From positions 78,556,001 to 78,620,000 of the forward strand of contig NW_024704743.1 in assembly GCF_018977255.1 (NCBI RefSeq): 64,000 nucleotides of DNA. Reading direction: 5' to 3'. The stretch is from Callorhinchus milii (lineage: Eukaryota). Positions 13,630 through 24,500 of this stretch are shown one piece after another. The notes under the pieces were generated by a model, which searched no databases, was not told the origin of the DNA, and worked only from the letters and a program-made list of their open reading frames with translations. The position numbers and the translations under genes are program-made. The stretch's first letter is position 1, and every line of letters starts with the position of its first letter.

Positions 13630-14035
13630 TCTGGCTCAGTTGGTAGCACTCTCACCTGAGTCTAAAGATTATGGATTCAAGCCCCACATGGAGACTTGGA
13701 ATCATATAGTCTAAGCTGACACTCTAATAGTCACGCGGGGGGTGCATTGTTGGAGGTCCCGTCCTTCAGATGAGATGTTAAATCAAGTCCCCATTTGCCT
13801 GTTCGGATGGATGTTAAAGATTCCCTGGCACTATTTGAAAATAAAGACTTTCTCCTGATCAAGAATCCCACAAATAAAGTTGGTCACTCACTTCATGGCT
13901 GTTTGTGGGATATTGCTGCGTGCAAATTGCTGCCGAATCCGCCCACAAAATACAGTAGCTGGCACTTTACCTTGTATTCTGTGAAGCACTTTGGGACATC
14001 CTCTGATGTGTGAGGCACTATACCAAATGTAAAAT
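13630..14035 (+). mobile_element. Older Deu-domain tRNA SINE
   Basis: TGGCTCAGTTGGTAGCAC head and Deu-like GATGAGATGTTAAA...TGGCACTATTTGAA core; related copies at ~49310-49705 (-), ~59115-59525 (+), ~60100-60865 (-, interrupted by an L2 piece). Confidence 0.8.
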
Positions 14036-14154
14036 TAAGGATAGAATGTGTCACAAAGTGCTTTATGCTAACTGACTTGGAGACCTGCAGAGCTGAGTTG
14101 GGGAAAAGTGGTCAGAAGCGCAGATAAAGAGCAGACCTATGGCAAGTTTGGAAC

Positions 14155-14770
14155 ATAACATAACATGTAGGAGCAGGAATAGGCCATTTAGCCCTTCGAG
14201 CCTGCCCCGCTATTCAATCATGGCTGATCTTCTAGTCTAACTCCAGCTAATAACCTGACACTACCTTATCCCCATATCCCTTAATTCCTTTTGCAATAAG
14301 AAATCTATCTATCTCAGTCTTGAATATGTCGAAGGACTGAGCCAACAGCCCTTTGGGGTAGCGAGTTCCATACATTCACCACCCTTTGAGTGAAGAAGTT
14401 CGTCCTCAACTCAGTGTGAAAGGGCTGGTCTCTGATTTTAAGGTTGTGACCCCTGGTTTTAGTTTCTCCAACCAGGGGAAACAATCTCCCACTATCTACT
14501 CTATCATGCCCTTTGATGATCTTATAGGTTTCTGTAAGATCCTCTCTAATTCTTCTATATTCCAGAGAATATAGGCGCAAATTGGTCAGCCTATCCTCGT
14601 AACTCATCCCCTTCATCCCTGGTACTATCCTAGTAAATCTACGCTGCACCCCCTCCAAGGCAAGTACATCCTTCCTTAAATAAGGAGATCAAAACTGCAC
14701 AGTATTCCAGGTGTGGTCTCATCCGGGGCCCTATACAGTTGCAGCAAGACTTCCCTACTCTTATACTCTA
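14155..14770 (-). mobile_element. CR1 LINE 3' fragment
   Basis: EGVQRRFTR...TRGHNLKI...FFTQRVVNVWNSLP. Confidence 0.92.
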
Positions 14771-15639
14771 AAAGTGGAAGGTAGGAGGGAGCGAAGTGGG
14801 TGTATTTCCAAAGACCAGGAGCAGAATTGCTGATTCACAGACTCAGTGATGGGGCGGAGTGTTTGGGGGATGTGAAGCAAACTAGTGTTCAGGCAGGTGA
14901 TGGTTCACAGGAGATTGTAGAGGCATGAGGTCCCAAATGGTCATGAGATGAATGAACAATAATATGAAGGATTGTTGTCCAGATAAAAGTACTTGGTTCA
15001 ATTCGATCTAATCATGCCAGCCTTTCCAGAATAAAACAGGAGAAAGTAAAAGTAGAATATTTTCAGATACTCGAGGCAGCATGTTTAAAGTTTTGACGGG
15101 CATATTTAGGATTGGAATTACTAAAATGGAAGGGTGACTGAATCAAGAGTTATTTGGAAACAGCATTTTGCTGTATTAAAAAAAGGCAGTAGGGTTGGCA
15201 TTCTGGAAGGATGAGATTATATCAACTCAAAGGCATCACCTGAACCTCTCCTATACTCCTTAGAAAGTTACATCATGGAAAAATTCTATCTCTTTCTAAA
15301 TAGGGTCATGGGATCTTTAACACCCCCCTGAACAGATAGATTAGTTTCACATTTCATCTGAAAATAGCACAACACTAACTTGATGTGAGTTTCTCCTGGT
15401 GTTCTGCCCAACCATTCTCCAGAAACATGCAGAAACACATCACCATGCTTAAGAATATCCTCCCTGGAAGGATGCATCCCGTTTATCAAATTCTGGAAAG
15501 TATTAGGCACACGTTGGCAAGAGCCAAGGTTTGGATTTTTTTTGCAAGCTTTCCCATTGCTTATCCAGCTAAGACCATCCTACAAGTTAGGGCTTTGGCT
15601 TGCAGGGTTAATAGAAGCTGAGTGGGAAGAGTCACTGCT

Positions 15640-16182
15640 CCCAGTGACTTGTCAGCCCTTCCAAGTCCCGCCAATGAGCTAGGCTGGCTGTGCTGTCATC
15701 AGCAGTGGCCTGGAATACTGCGGACCCATTTGGCTCAGGAACTGGACTACTGAGATTGCAGAGGGCCGGCTCAATTCTGACATTCCATTGCCAAACATGT
15801 CACCCTGGCGCCAGTTCAGCACCAAGGAGACCCTAACTGTCCCCTCCCTACCCCCCAGGAGGATAGTCACCAGTTGGTCATTTAACATTTGACAAGTGGG
15901 GTTTGAACCCTCACTAGGTGGATGGCAGGTACCAGGAACACCCTGAGACCATTGCCACCATCTTCCTGCCCACAGCTCTGACACACACCCCTTCCCACTG
16001 AATGATGCTTCCACCAGTTGGAGGTACGGAGCTTAAGCAGCAGCTTCTTACCTCTCTGCAGGGCAATTAAGGTGGATTCCAAGTGTTGGATTGCTGCTGC
16101 CTTGGCTGAGATCAAATAACTCAGTAGATCAAGGATTCAAACTTTACAGCTTAGTACCATTACCCACTAGACCATCAGGGAG
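15640..16182 (-). mobile_element. Ancient SINE-like dispersed repeat
   Basis: Shares an ~150-bp core with 1-160, 43650-43780 and 56580-56750; tRNA-like head remnant near 16090-16182 on - strand. Confidence 0.6.
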
Positions 16183-16635
16183 CCAGAGAATATTTTCATA
16201 CAATAATTCTGATTATCATGCAACCTCATCTTGAGAATTACTGGAATGTATTTTATATTCTGCATATGTTGCAGTCATTGTGGTAGGGAAAGTGTTACTG
16301 ACAGTGATCAAGGATTGCCAAACATTTCACAGTTTTAAAAGTGTACCAGTTACAAATTTCTCACTTGTTAAAACTTAATTGATTATCTTTGGCATTTTAT
16401 TTACTATTAGTGAATAAAGGTGAAGGTTTTGATGAATCTCATCAATGTGATTTCTATTTCACTGGCTAAAGAAAATCGCAATAAATTGTTTTATCCATTT
16501 TGATGGCCATAACTGAATATAACTGAATAACATTCAAAATCTGCAGTCAGAAAGTGATGTAAATTTTCTCTCAATACAAAAGAGGCATTAACAGGCAGAG
16601 TTAGTGTACCTGGGGCCTGGAAGGTTCAGCATGTC

Positions 16636-16736
16636 CTTTAGTACGATATTTACCATAACACAAAGAGGCAATATTTGCTTTCTCTTTAGTACAATATCTA
16701 CCATAGCAACACAAAGAGGCAATATTTACTTTCTCT
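16636..16736 (+). repeat. Tandem duplication, ~48-51 bp x2
   Basis: CTTTAGTAC.ATAT.TACCATA..ACACAAAGAGGCAATATTT.CTTTCTC at 16636 and 16684. Confidence 0.9.
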
Positions 16737-17014
16737 ATCCTTAATGCCTTCAGTTATCTGAAGCACCATGAATAAAAAGATTACCAAGGCAACACTTTCC
16801 TCATCTCAAAAACACATTTAAAAATGGTGAAGATAAATGTAGAGGTTTGTTGAACTGCAAACACAAATAAAAACTGACACAGCTATAGTACATTCTGTTC
16901 TTCACTGGGAGGTTTTGGTAATCAATGTATTCTTTCTACAATGCATAGTCTTAAAATACTTGCACATTGTATTTCAAACAAAGCATTAAAATAAATAATT
17001 TTAAATAATTCCAA

Positions 17015-17246
17015 TAAAACACAAAATACTGCAGATGCTGGAAATCTGAAACAAAAACAGAAGTCGCTGGGAACACTCAGCAGGTCAGGCAGCATTATTG
17101 AGAAAGAAAAGTCAGTCTACGTTTCGGGTCCACGACCCTTCGTCAGAACACCACTTTCACCTGTTCTGATAAAAGATTGCGGATCTGAAACGTTGACTCA
17201 CTTTCTTTTCTCCATAGATGCTGCCTGACCTGATCAGTGTGTCCCA
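17015..17246. mobile_element. Penelope-like element terminal-repeat remnant with an ~85-bp inverted repeat
   Basis: Arms ~17068-17150 and ~17162-17246 are imperfect reverse complements, each carrying a hammerhead-like core. Confidence 0.7.
17115..17149 (-). ncRNA. Minimal type I hammerhead ribozyme motif (Penelope-like element type)
   Basis: Minus strand reads GUU-CUGACGA-A-GGGUC-GUG-GACCC-GAAA-CGUA-GAC: intact core boxes, 5-bp stem II, palindromic ACGU helix III, GUA cleavage triplet, short helix I. Confidence 0.7.
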
Positions 17247-18533
17247 TTACTTTTCTAACTTTCTCCCCATTGGCACTAGGCTTTTTTCTTGTGGGCTGGC
17301 CTCCTCTTGTTGGGGTGGGGTTTCACAGGTGCTGGTTGCTCTCCAATCCCCTACTCAAGTGACTATTGTTGATGTTAAACATTGGCAGTGAGTCAGTTCG
17401 AGGCCCCCTCCCCTTTAGGCCTAGTTCCTTTAACAAAGACTTGTTACTTCCAGTTCTACACAAAAGATGGATAAAGTAGTGATTTCATAAGAAAAAAAAC
17501 TTCAAAACTCTACACATCTCCAAATTGGGGAATAGTTTATTGAGTTCTATAAAAGGGACAGTTTTGTGAGCTAGAGGGAATTTGAGCCCAACAAATTCAC
17601 AACAGTTTATAGTGCCCATCGACTTGTTCCTGAAAACATATTCTCTATGTGGTCTCAAGAATTGAGCTGCAGGACAAATTGTGATCACTCAATCCCACTG
17701 TACAGGCATTTCTGTGATGAAAAGAGCAGTGATTCACCTTGCGTAGTTTGGAGGCCTATCGATGGATGAGTCTTGATTTCAATATCCTGAGAATGCAGTG
17801 AGGAGGAGAAAACTCCTGTTGGAAATTAGCACAGCTCATAGGAGCTCTATATACAATTCCACCTCACCACTTTCACCAAGACTCCACATTAACAATTCAA
17901 GATTAAATAATGTTATCAAACCATAATGTTCAAAATGATTGAATTTGATGTTGTATTAATTTATTTAACTTTTTAAATGCAAAAGCTGCCCAGAGTACAT
18001 TGTAAAAGTCCCATAGTATAAAAATGTTAATAAAGTATTAACAGTCATCCACATTTGTTTACATGTCATTACACTGATGCAATGTGATAATGTATCAGTT
18101 TTCAAACATTTTCTATATTTTACTGCAATATTTACACAAAAAAGAGGGGAAAACAGGCTGTAATGTTGTACTATCCCAAAAGTAAATGTTTTTCTAGATC
18201 GTCTGCTTCCCACATGATATGATAAACACAAAGTAATGTTTGACACAAGGATTGATATTGATAGGACCCAATTTCTGTACTGTTGGTCCTCTGCTGCTTT
18301 CTCTAGACCCTAGCTCTGTAAACCCAGGGACTAGGTGAGCTTAATGTAGGCCAGAGTTACAAGTACATAAACAATACAGTCTCTTCCAGAAACGACTGAC
18401 TTAAAAATGAAGGAAACTACATTTTCTCATAGTTTGGCTTCTATCTATACAACGAAAATGTAATTATGGGAGTTACATCTTTCAAATGACAGAATCAAAA
18501 ATATTACAATATCAAATACATTCGTCCTTTCCA

Positions 18534-18582
18534 TTATACTTTACTCGGTGTAACTGATTCTTCACTTTCTTTTCCATGTCTT
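18534..18582 (-). CDS. TRP channel candidate terminal exon C ([16 protein letters not shown])
   Basis: ctattttcag acceptor in phase 2; followed by AT-rich UTR-like DNA and AATAAA (- strand) at 17960-17965. Confidence 0.4.
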
Positions 18583-21500
18583 CTGAAAATAGATAGTAGG
18601 TATATGTAAATTAGGAACAAAGTTAATCCAAAATCAGCTCAAGGAATACTATGTTATGGTAACATCAAAGGGAACCCTAAGGTATTTTATAAGCATATAA
18701 AGAATAAAAGGTTACTCAAAGGTGGGGTGGGGCCAAAGAGGAAATCTTCTTGTGGAAGCAGAGGGCATGGCTGACATACTGAATGAGTACTTTGCATTTG
18801 TCTTCACAAAAGAGGATGCAGTCATTCCCACAGTATCCGAGGAGAGGGTAGAGAAATTAAATAAAAATAAACCAAGAGGAGGTATTAAAAAGGTTTCCGG
18901 TGCTCAAGGTAGATAAGTCACCCAGTTCGGACGGGATGCATCCTAGGTTACTGAGGGAAGGGTGCAAATAACGGAGGCTCGGGCCACAATCTTTCAAACC
19001 TTCTTGGACATCGGGGTGGTGCCAGAAGACTGGAGGGTTGCAAATGTTTCTCCCTACATGGAAAGGGGCAGAAGGATAAATCTGGGAACTACAGGCCAGT
19101 CAGCTTAACCTCAGTAGTGGGAAAATTTCTGGAGACTATAATCCTGGTCAAAGTAAATTTTCACTTAGAAAAATATGGGTTAATAAATGACAGCCAACAT
19201 GGATTTGTTACAGGCAAATCATGTCTAACAAACCTGACAGAGATTTTTGATGAAGTAACGGAGAGGATGGATGAAGGTAGTGCAGTTGATGTAGTTTATA
19301 TGGATTTTCAAAAGGCGTTTGATAAATTGCCACGTAAGAGACTTGTAAGTAAAATAGAAGCCCACGGTATTAAAGGGACAGTGGCAGCATGGATACAGAA
19401 CTGACTGGGGGACAGAAAGCAGAAAGTGGTGGTGAACGGTTGTTTTTCTGACTGGAGGGAAGTGTGCAGTGCTGTTTCCAGGAGTGAGTATTGGGACCTC
19501 GGTTTTTGATCTATATAAATGACCTGGACTTGGGTACAGGGAGTACATTTTTCACGTTTGCAGATGATACTAAGCTGGAAAAGTAGTAAACAGTGAGGAG
19601 GATAGTAGCAGACTGCAAATGCACATAGACAGACTGATAAAATGCGGAGAAATACAAAGTGATGCATTTTGGGAGGAAGAATGAGAGACAATATAAGCTG
19701 ATGGTACAATCTTAAAGGGGCGAAGGAACAGAGAGACCTGGGGGTTCATATAAATAAATCTTTGAAGGTGGCAGGACCGGTAGATAAACCGGTTAAAAAA
19801 TGACACGGGATATTAGGCTTTATAAATAGGGGCATAGAATACAAAAGTCAGGAAGTTATGATGAACCTTTACAAAACACTGGTTCGGCCTCAGCTGGAGT
19901 ACTGTGTTCAGTTGTGGGCACCACACTTTAGGAAGGATGTCAAAGCATTGGAGAGGGTGCAAAGGAGATTTACCAGGATGGTACCAGGAATGAGGGACTT
20001 CAGTTTTCAAGAGAGGCTAGAGAAGCTAGGATTATTCTCCTTGGAGCAGAGAAGGTTAAGAGGAGACTTGATAGAAGTTTTCAAAATTATGAGAGGATTC
20101 AATAGGGTAAACTGTTTCTACTGGCGGGTGGGTCAGTAAACGAGGACATCGATTTAAGATAGTTGTTAAAAGAAACAAAGGAGAAGTGAGGAGACGTTTT
20201 TTAATATTTTTTTTACAAACAGCTAATTGTTTGGATCTGGAATGTAATGCCTGAAAGGGTGGTGGAAGCCGATTCGATAACAATTTTTAAGAGAGTAGAT
20301 AATTATTTGGGGATGAGTTTGCAGGGCTATGGGGAGAGAGCGGGGGGGTGGGAATAAATTCGATAGCGCTTTTCAACGAGCCGGCACAGATACGATGGGC
20401 TGAATGGTCTCCTTCTGGGCTGTATACAACAACAAGATTGCATTTATAGAGCGCCTTTCACGTCGGGAGGACGTCCCAAGGCGCTGGACAGTTGGGTCGG
20501 GACCCGAGCAGGGGGGAAATGGTCAGGGGGAGGGAAGGGAAGGGAGGTGTCGAGGAGGGGTTAGAGAGTTGAGAGGGGAGCTGAAGGCACGGTCAAAGAG
20601 AAAGGTCTTGAGACCGGCCTTGAAGGAGGAAAGGGAGGAAGCAAGGCGAAGGCACTGGGGGATAGAGTTCCAGAGCCTAGGGGCTGGGAGGCTGAAGGCC
20701 CGGCACCGATGGTAGGGCGGTTGGGGCGGGGGATGTGGAGCAGACCGGAGCCGGAGGAATGGAGGGTACAGGCAGATAAGTAGGGGGATAGTAGGTCGGA
20801 GAGGTAGGAGGGAGCAAGGCCGTGAATGGCCTTGTAGGTGAGGATGAGGATCTTGAATTCGATCCTCTGGGGGATGGGGAGCCAGTGGAGGCGAGCGAGG
20901 GTGGGAGTGATGTGGTCGCGAAGCCTGGTTCGGGACAGTACACGAGCTGCAGAGTTCTGAATGACCTGCAGCTTGTGGAGGGAGGTGGCGGGAAGGCCGG
21001 CGAGGAGAGGGTTCCCATAGTCCAGCCTTGAGCTGATAAAGGCGTGGACCAGAGTTTCAGCAGCGTGAGGGGTGAGGTAGTGCCATAGTCTGGCGATGTT
21101 CCGGAGGTGGTGGAAGGCGGTGCCAGTTGTGGCGCAGATGTGGGGGAGAAAGGACAGCTCAGGACAGCTATAATTCTATGATGTTACCCATGATGCGGAG
21201 TATTAAATTGCCCACTGTTCTTTATTTTTGTTAAATGGTCATTTTTATCCAATGTTATGGTTGACAAAAATCATACAATATTTCTCATATTGATATGTTA
21301 AACTTGAAAAATTCACGATACAGAAGCCAGAAGTTGCTGCGCTAATAGAAAATGTTTCCAATTTAAAATCGGAAAGTGTTCCACTGGACTCGGCTGTAAC
21401 TTTGTAACCAAAGATCTGACTCAGTAAACACAGATTAGATGAAGCTTCAGACATGAAGATGGAGGCCTGTGGCAGCTGGGATCAGTACAGCAAGTTGTGC

Positions 21501-24500
21501 CTGAATAAGCAATCACTTAATGAAAATGTAAACATAAGTAATGAAATTTCAGGATCTTGTGTGAAAGCGCTATATAAATGTAATTTGTTGTTGTGAAATG
21601 TCGCATACTTTACCCATTATATTCTTGCAACGGAAACATCACTTACCTTTGACTCAATCTACTCGTTACAGAGTCAAGGAACGAGAACACACGTGAATTG
21701 AAATTAACAGTTTCAGTTGTTTCGTCTGAAATGGTGTAATCTGGAATATATTTGGTCACATTCATTGTTTTTGTAATAATAATAATCCTTGCATTTGGTA
21801 TATAGCACCTTATCAAGTCGAAAGGATGTCTCAAAAGCACTTCACAGGAATTACTATAAAATGGAGTGACTGTATTTGTAGGCAAACACGGCAGTACAAT
21901 TGCACACAGCAATGTTCCAGAAACAGCCATAATAATACCTACATTTGGTTTAGTGCCTTATCACGTCTTTAAGACGTCTCAAAGTGATTCACGGAATATA
22001 CTGTAAGGTGAATTGACTGTATATTTTTGGGGGCAAAACGCAGCAGCCAATTGTGCGCATGAAACAAATGACCAATTTTTTTTTATTTGGGGTTTATTGG
22101 GAAGGCACCAGGAGAACCACCTTCTCTTTTTCGAACAGTGTCATGGGAACGTCTACCTGAACAGGCAGACAGGATCTCGAATTAACATATCATTCGAAAG
22201 AGTGGTAAAAAAAAATTCCCCATGTATTTCTCTTTCCTTTAAAATTGCCAATGCTGTGTAGTTTTATCATGGGTATAGGTAGACCTCTTCTTCTCAAATT
22301 TCTGTTAGTGTTGTGCAACTTGTTGCACATAGAAGTGCAAGAGAGTAATGGGTTAATCCATCTTTCGATTTTGACCTGCTCCCTCAGGACTTCCCGCATT
22401 GGTAGATACAAAATTATAAACTGGAGAGGAATAAATTTACACATGTACTATACAACACAAGAATTTTAAACACCAATCCACTGTACACCTTGATAATATA
22501 GCTTCTTAAATCACAAGGCAATAATTAATTTTGTGATTATGATTAAATTATGTTTTATTACACTAGAAGTTTATTGATGTTTTTAAACCCAAAGTTAAAA
22601 CATTTAAAACATTTTTTAGTACCTTTCTTAGAATCAGAATGTAATTCCTTTTCCAATAATGTATTCAGCATCTTGATGGTATTCTTTAGATGATTATAAC
22701 TGTGATTCTGTTGTCTGTGCAGCATTGTAACAACTTTCTGTAAATTTCCCACATCTTTACGAATTGACGCCATCATTTCCATACTGAAAGAACACCAATA
22801 AATTACATTTGTATAGCACCTTTCACATTGGGAGAACATTCCAAGGTGCTGGATAGTCAGGGATTTGAACCTGAGCTGGGAGTTGGGATCAGGAGTGGTG
22901 GAGAGCAGGGAAATAGGAGGGTGACCGAAGGTACTGTCAAAGAAGAGGGTCTTGAGATGAGCCTTGAAGGAGGCAAGGGAGAGAGCGAGGTGAATGGACT
23001 GTGGGATGCAGTTCCAAAGGGTTAGGGCAGAGAGGCTGAAGGACCGACCACTGATGGTGGGGTAGGCTGGGCAGGGGACGTGGAGCAGGCTGGAGCCCAC
23101 TGAGCAGAGAGGTCTATATGGAGTTAGAAAGTCACATAGATAGGGAGGAGCAAGGCCTTGGAGGGCCTTGAAAGTGAGAACTTTGAATTCTATCCTCTAG
23201 GGGATGGGGAGCTAGTAGAGCCGAGTGAGGATGGAGGTGATAGGGTCACGGAGCTTGGTGCGGGAGAAGACACGAGTTGCAGAGTTCTGGATGATCTGCA
23301 ACTTGTGGAGGGAAGAGTTGGGAAGGCCGACAAGCAGGGAGTTGGCATAGTTGAGCCTAGATGTAACGAATGCATGGACGAGAGTTTCAGCGGTCTGAGG
23401 GAAGAAGCAGTGGTGATGTTGCAGAGGTGGGGGAAGGCAGAACGAGTCATGACATGGATGTTAATTACCATATAATTGGCAAAAGGATTTCTACATTCTC
23501 ACATCACTTGAGCAGAGAGCCCGGCAGCGTGAGGAGGAACTGAGTGACGTGGAACAGATTGATAATTCTATTAAGGAATTTGGTGAGAGTGGGGATTCTT
23601 CAGCAAGAAGATACCAGAGAGATACCAGAGAGCAAGAGAGATGCCAGAGAGCAAGAGAGATGCCAGAGAGCAAGAGAGATACCAGAGAGCAAGAGAGATG
23701 CCAGAGAGCAAGAGAGATGCCAGAGAGCAAGAGAGATGCCAGAGAGCAAGAGAGATGCCAGAGAGCAAGAGAGATGCCAGAGAGCAAGAGAGATGCCAGA
23801 GAGCAAGAGAGATGCCAGAGAGCAAGAGAGATACCAGAGAGCAAGAGAGAACTCTTTCATTCAGCAGAAGAGTGGGAAATCTACTTTGAGTTAGAGGCAA
23901 CCTTATATGTAAGCAGGCAAAGTCAATTAGCAGTTAATCATAGGCAGATGATGGGGATTAAAAAAATCTGTTGACCAGTCAAAACTGGGTGTTTTTGTTT
24001 TGAGTCCTACATAAAGAAGAGTGCCTCACTTTAGCAGAGAGCCTAGTAGTGTGAGAATTCTGTTAAGGATTTTAGTGAGAAAGAGTTGCAGAATTTGTAA
24101 AAAAAAAAGTATTTATATTATATTAAAATAATATAAAACATGTCTGGGAATATGGCAGGGCAGCTGAGACTGGTTGCATGCACAATGTGTGGCATGTGGG
24201 AACTCCAGGATGTTTTGCGTGCCCTGGACAGACAAGTGCCTCTGTCTGCTTGAGCTTAAAGTTTCTGAGCTCGAGGAGAGGCTGGTGTCACTACATAGCA
24301 TATGGGAGGCTGAAGAGTTCACGGATTGAATGTTTCAGGAGGTGGTCACCCCACAGCAACAGAGGGTCCAGAAGGAGAGTGAGTGGGTGACCACCTGCAA
24401 TGGTAGGAAGAGGGGATGGGCAGCGCAGAAATCCCCTGAGAGTGTGGCACTCACAAACTGGTTCTCTGCACTGAATACCGGTCCGGGTGATGACACCTCT

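Noticed and set aside
23491..23974. Six overlapping repetitive ORFs; also superficially CRISPR-like periodicity
   Set aside because: Produced by a stop-free 19-bp tandem repeat; there are no unique spacers and the DNA is vertebrate.
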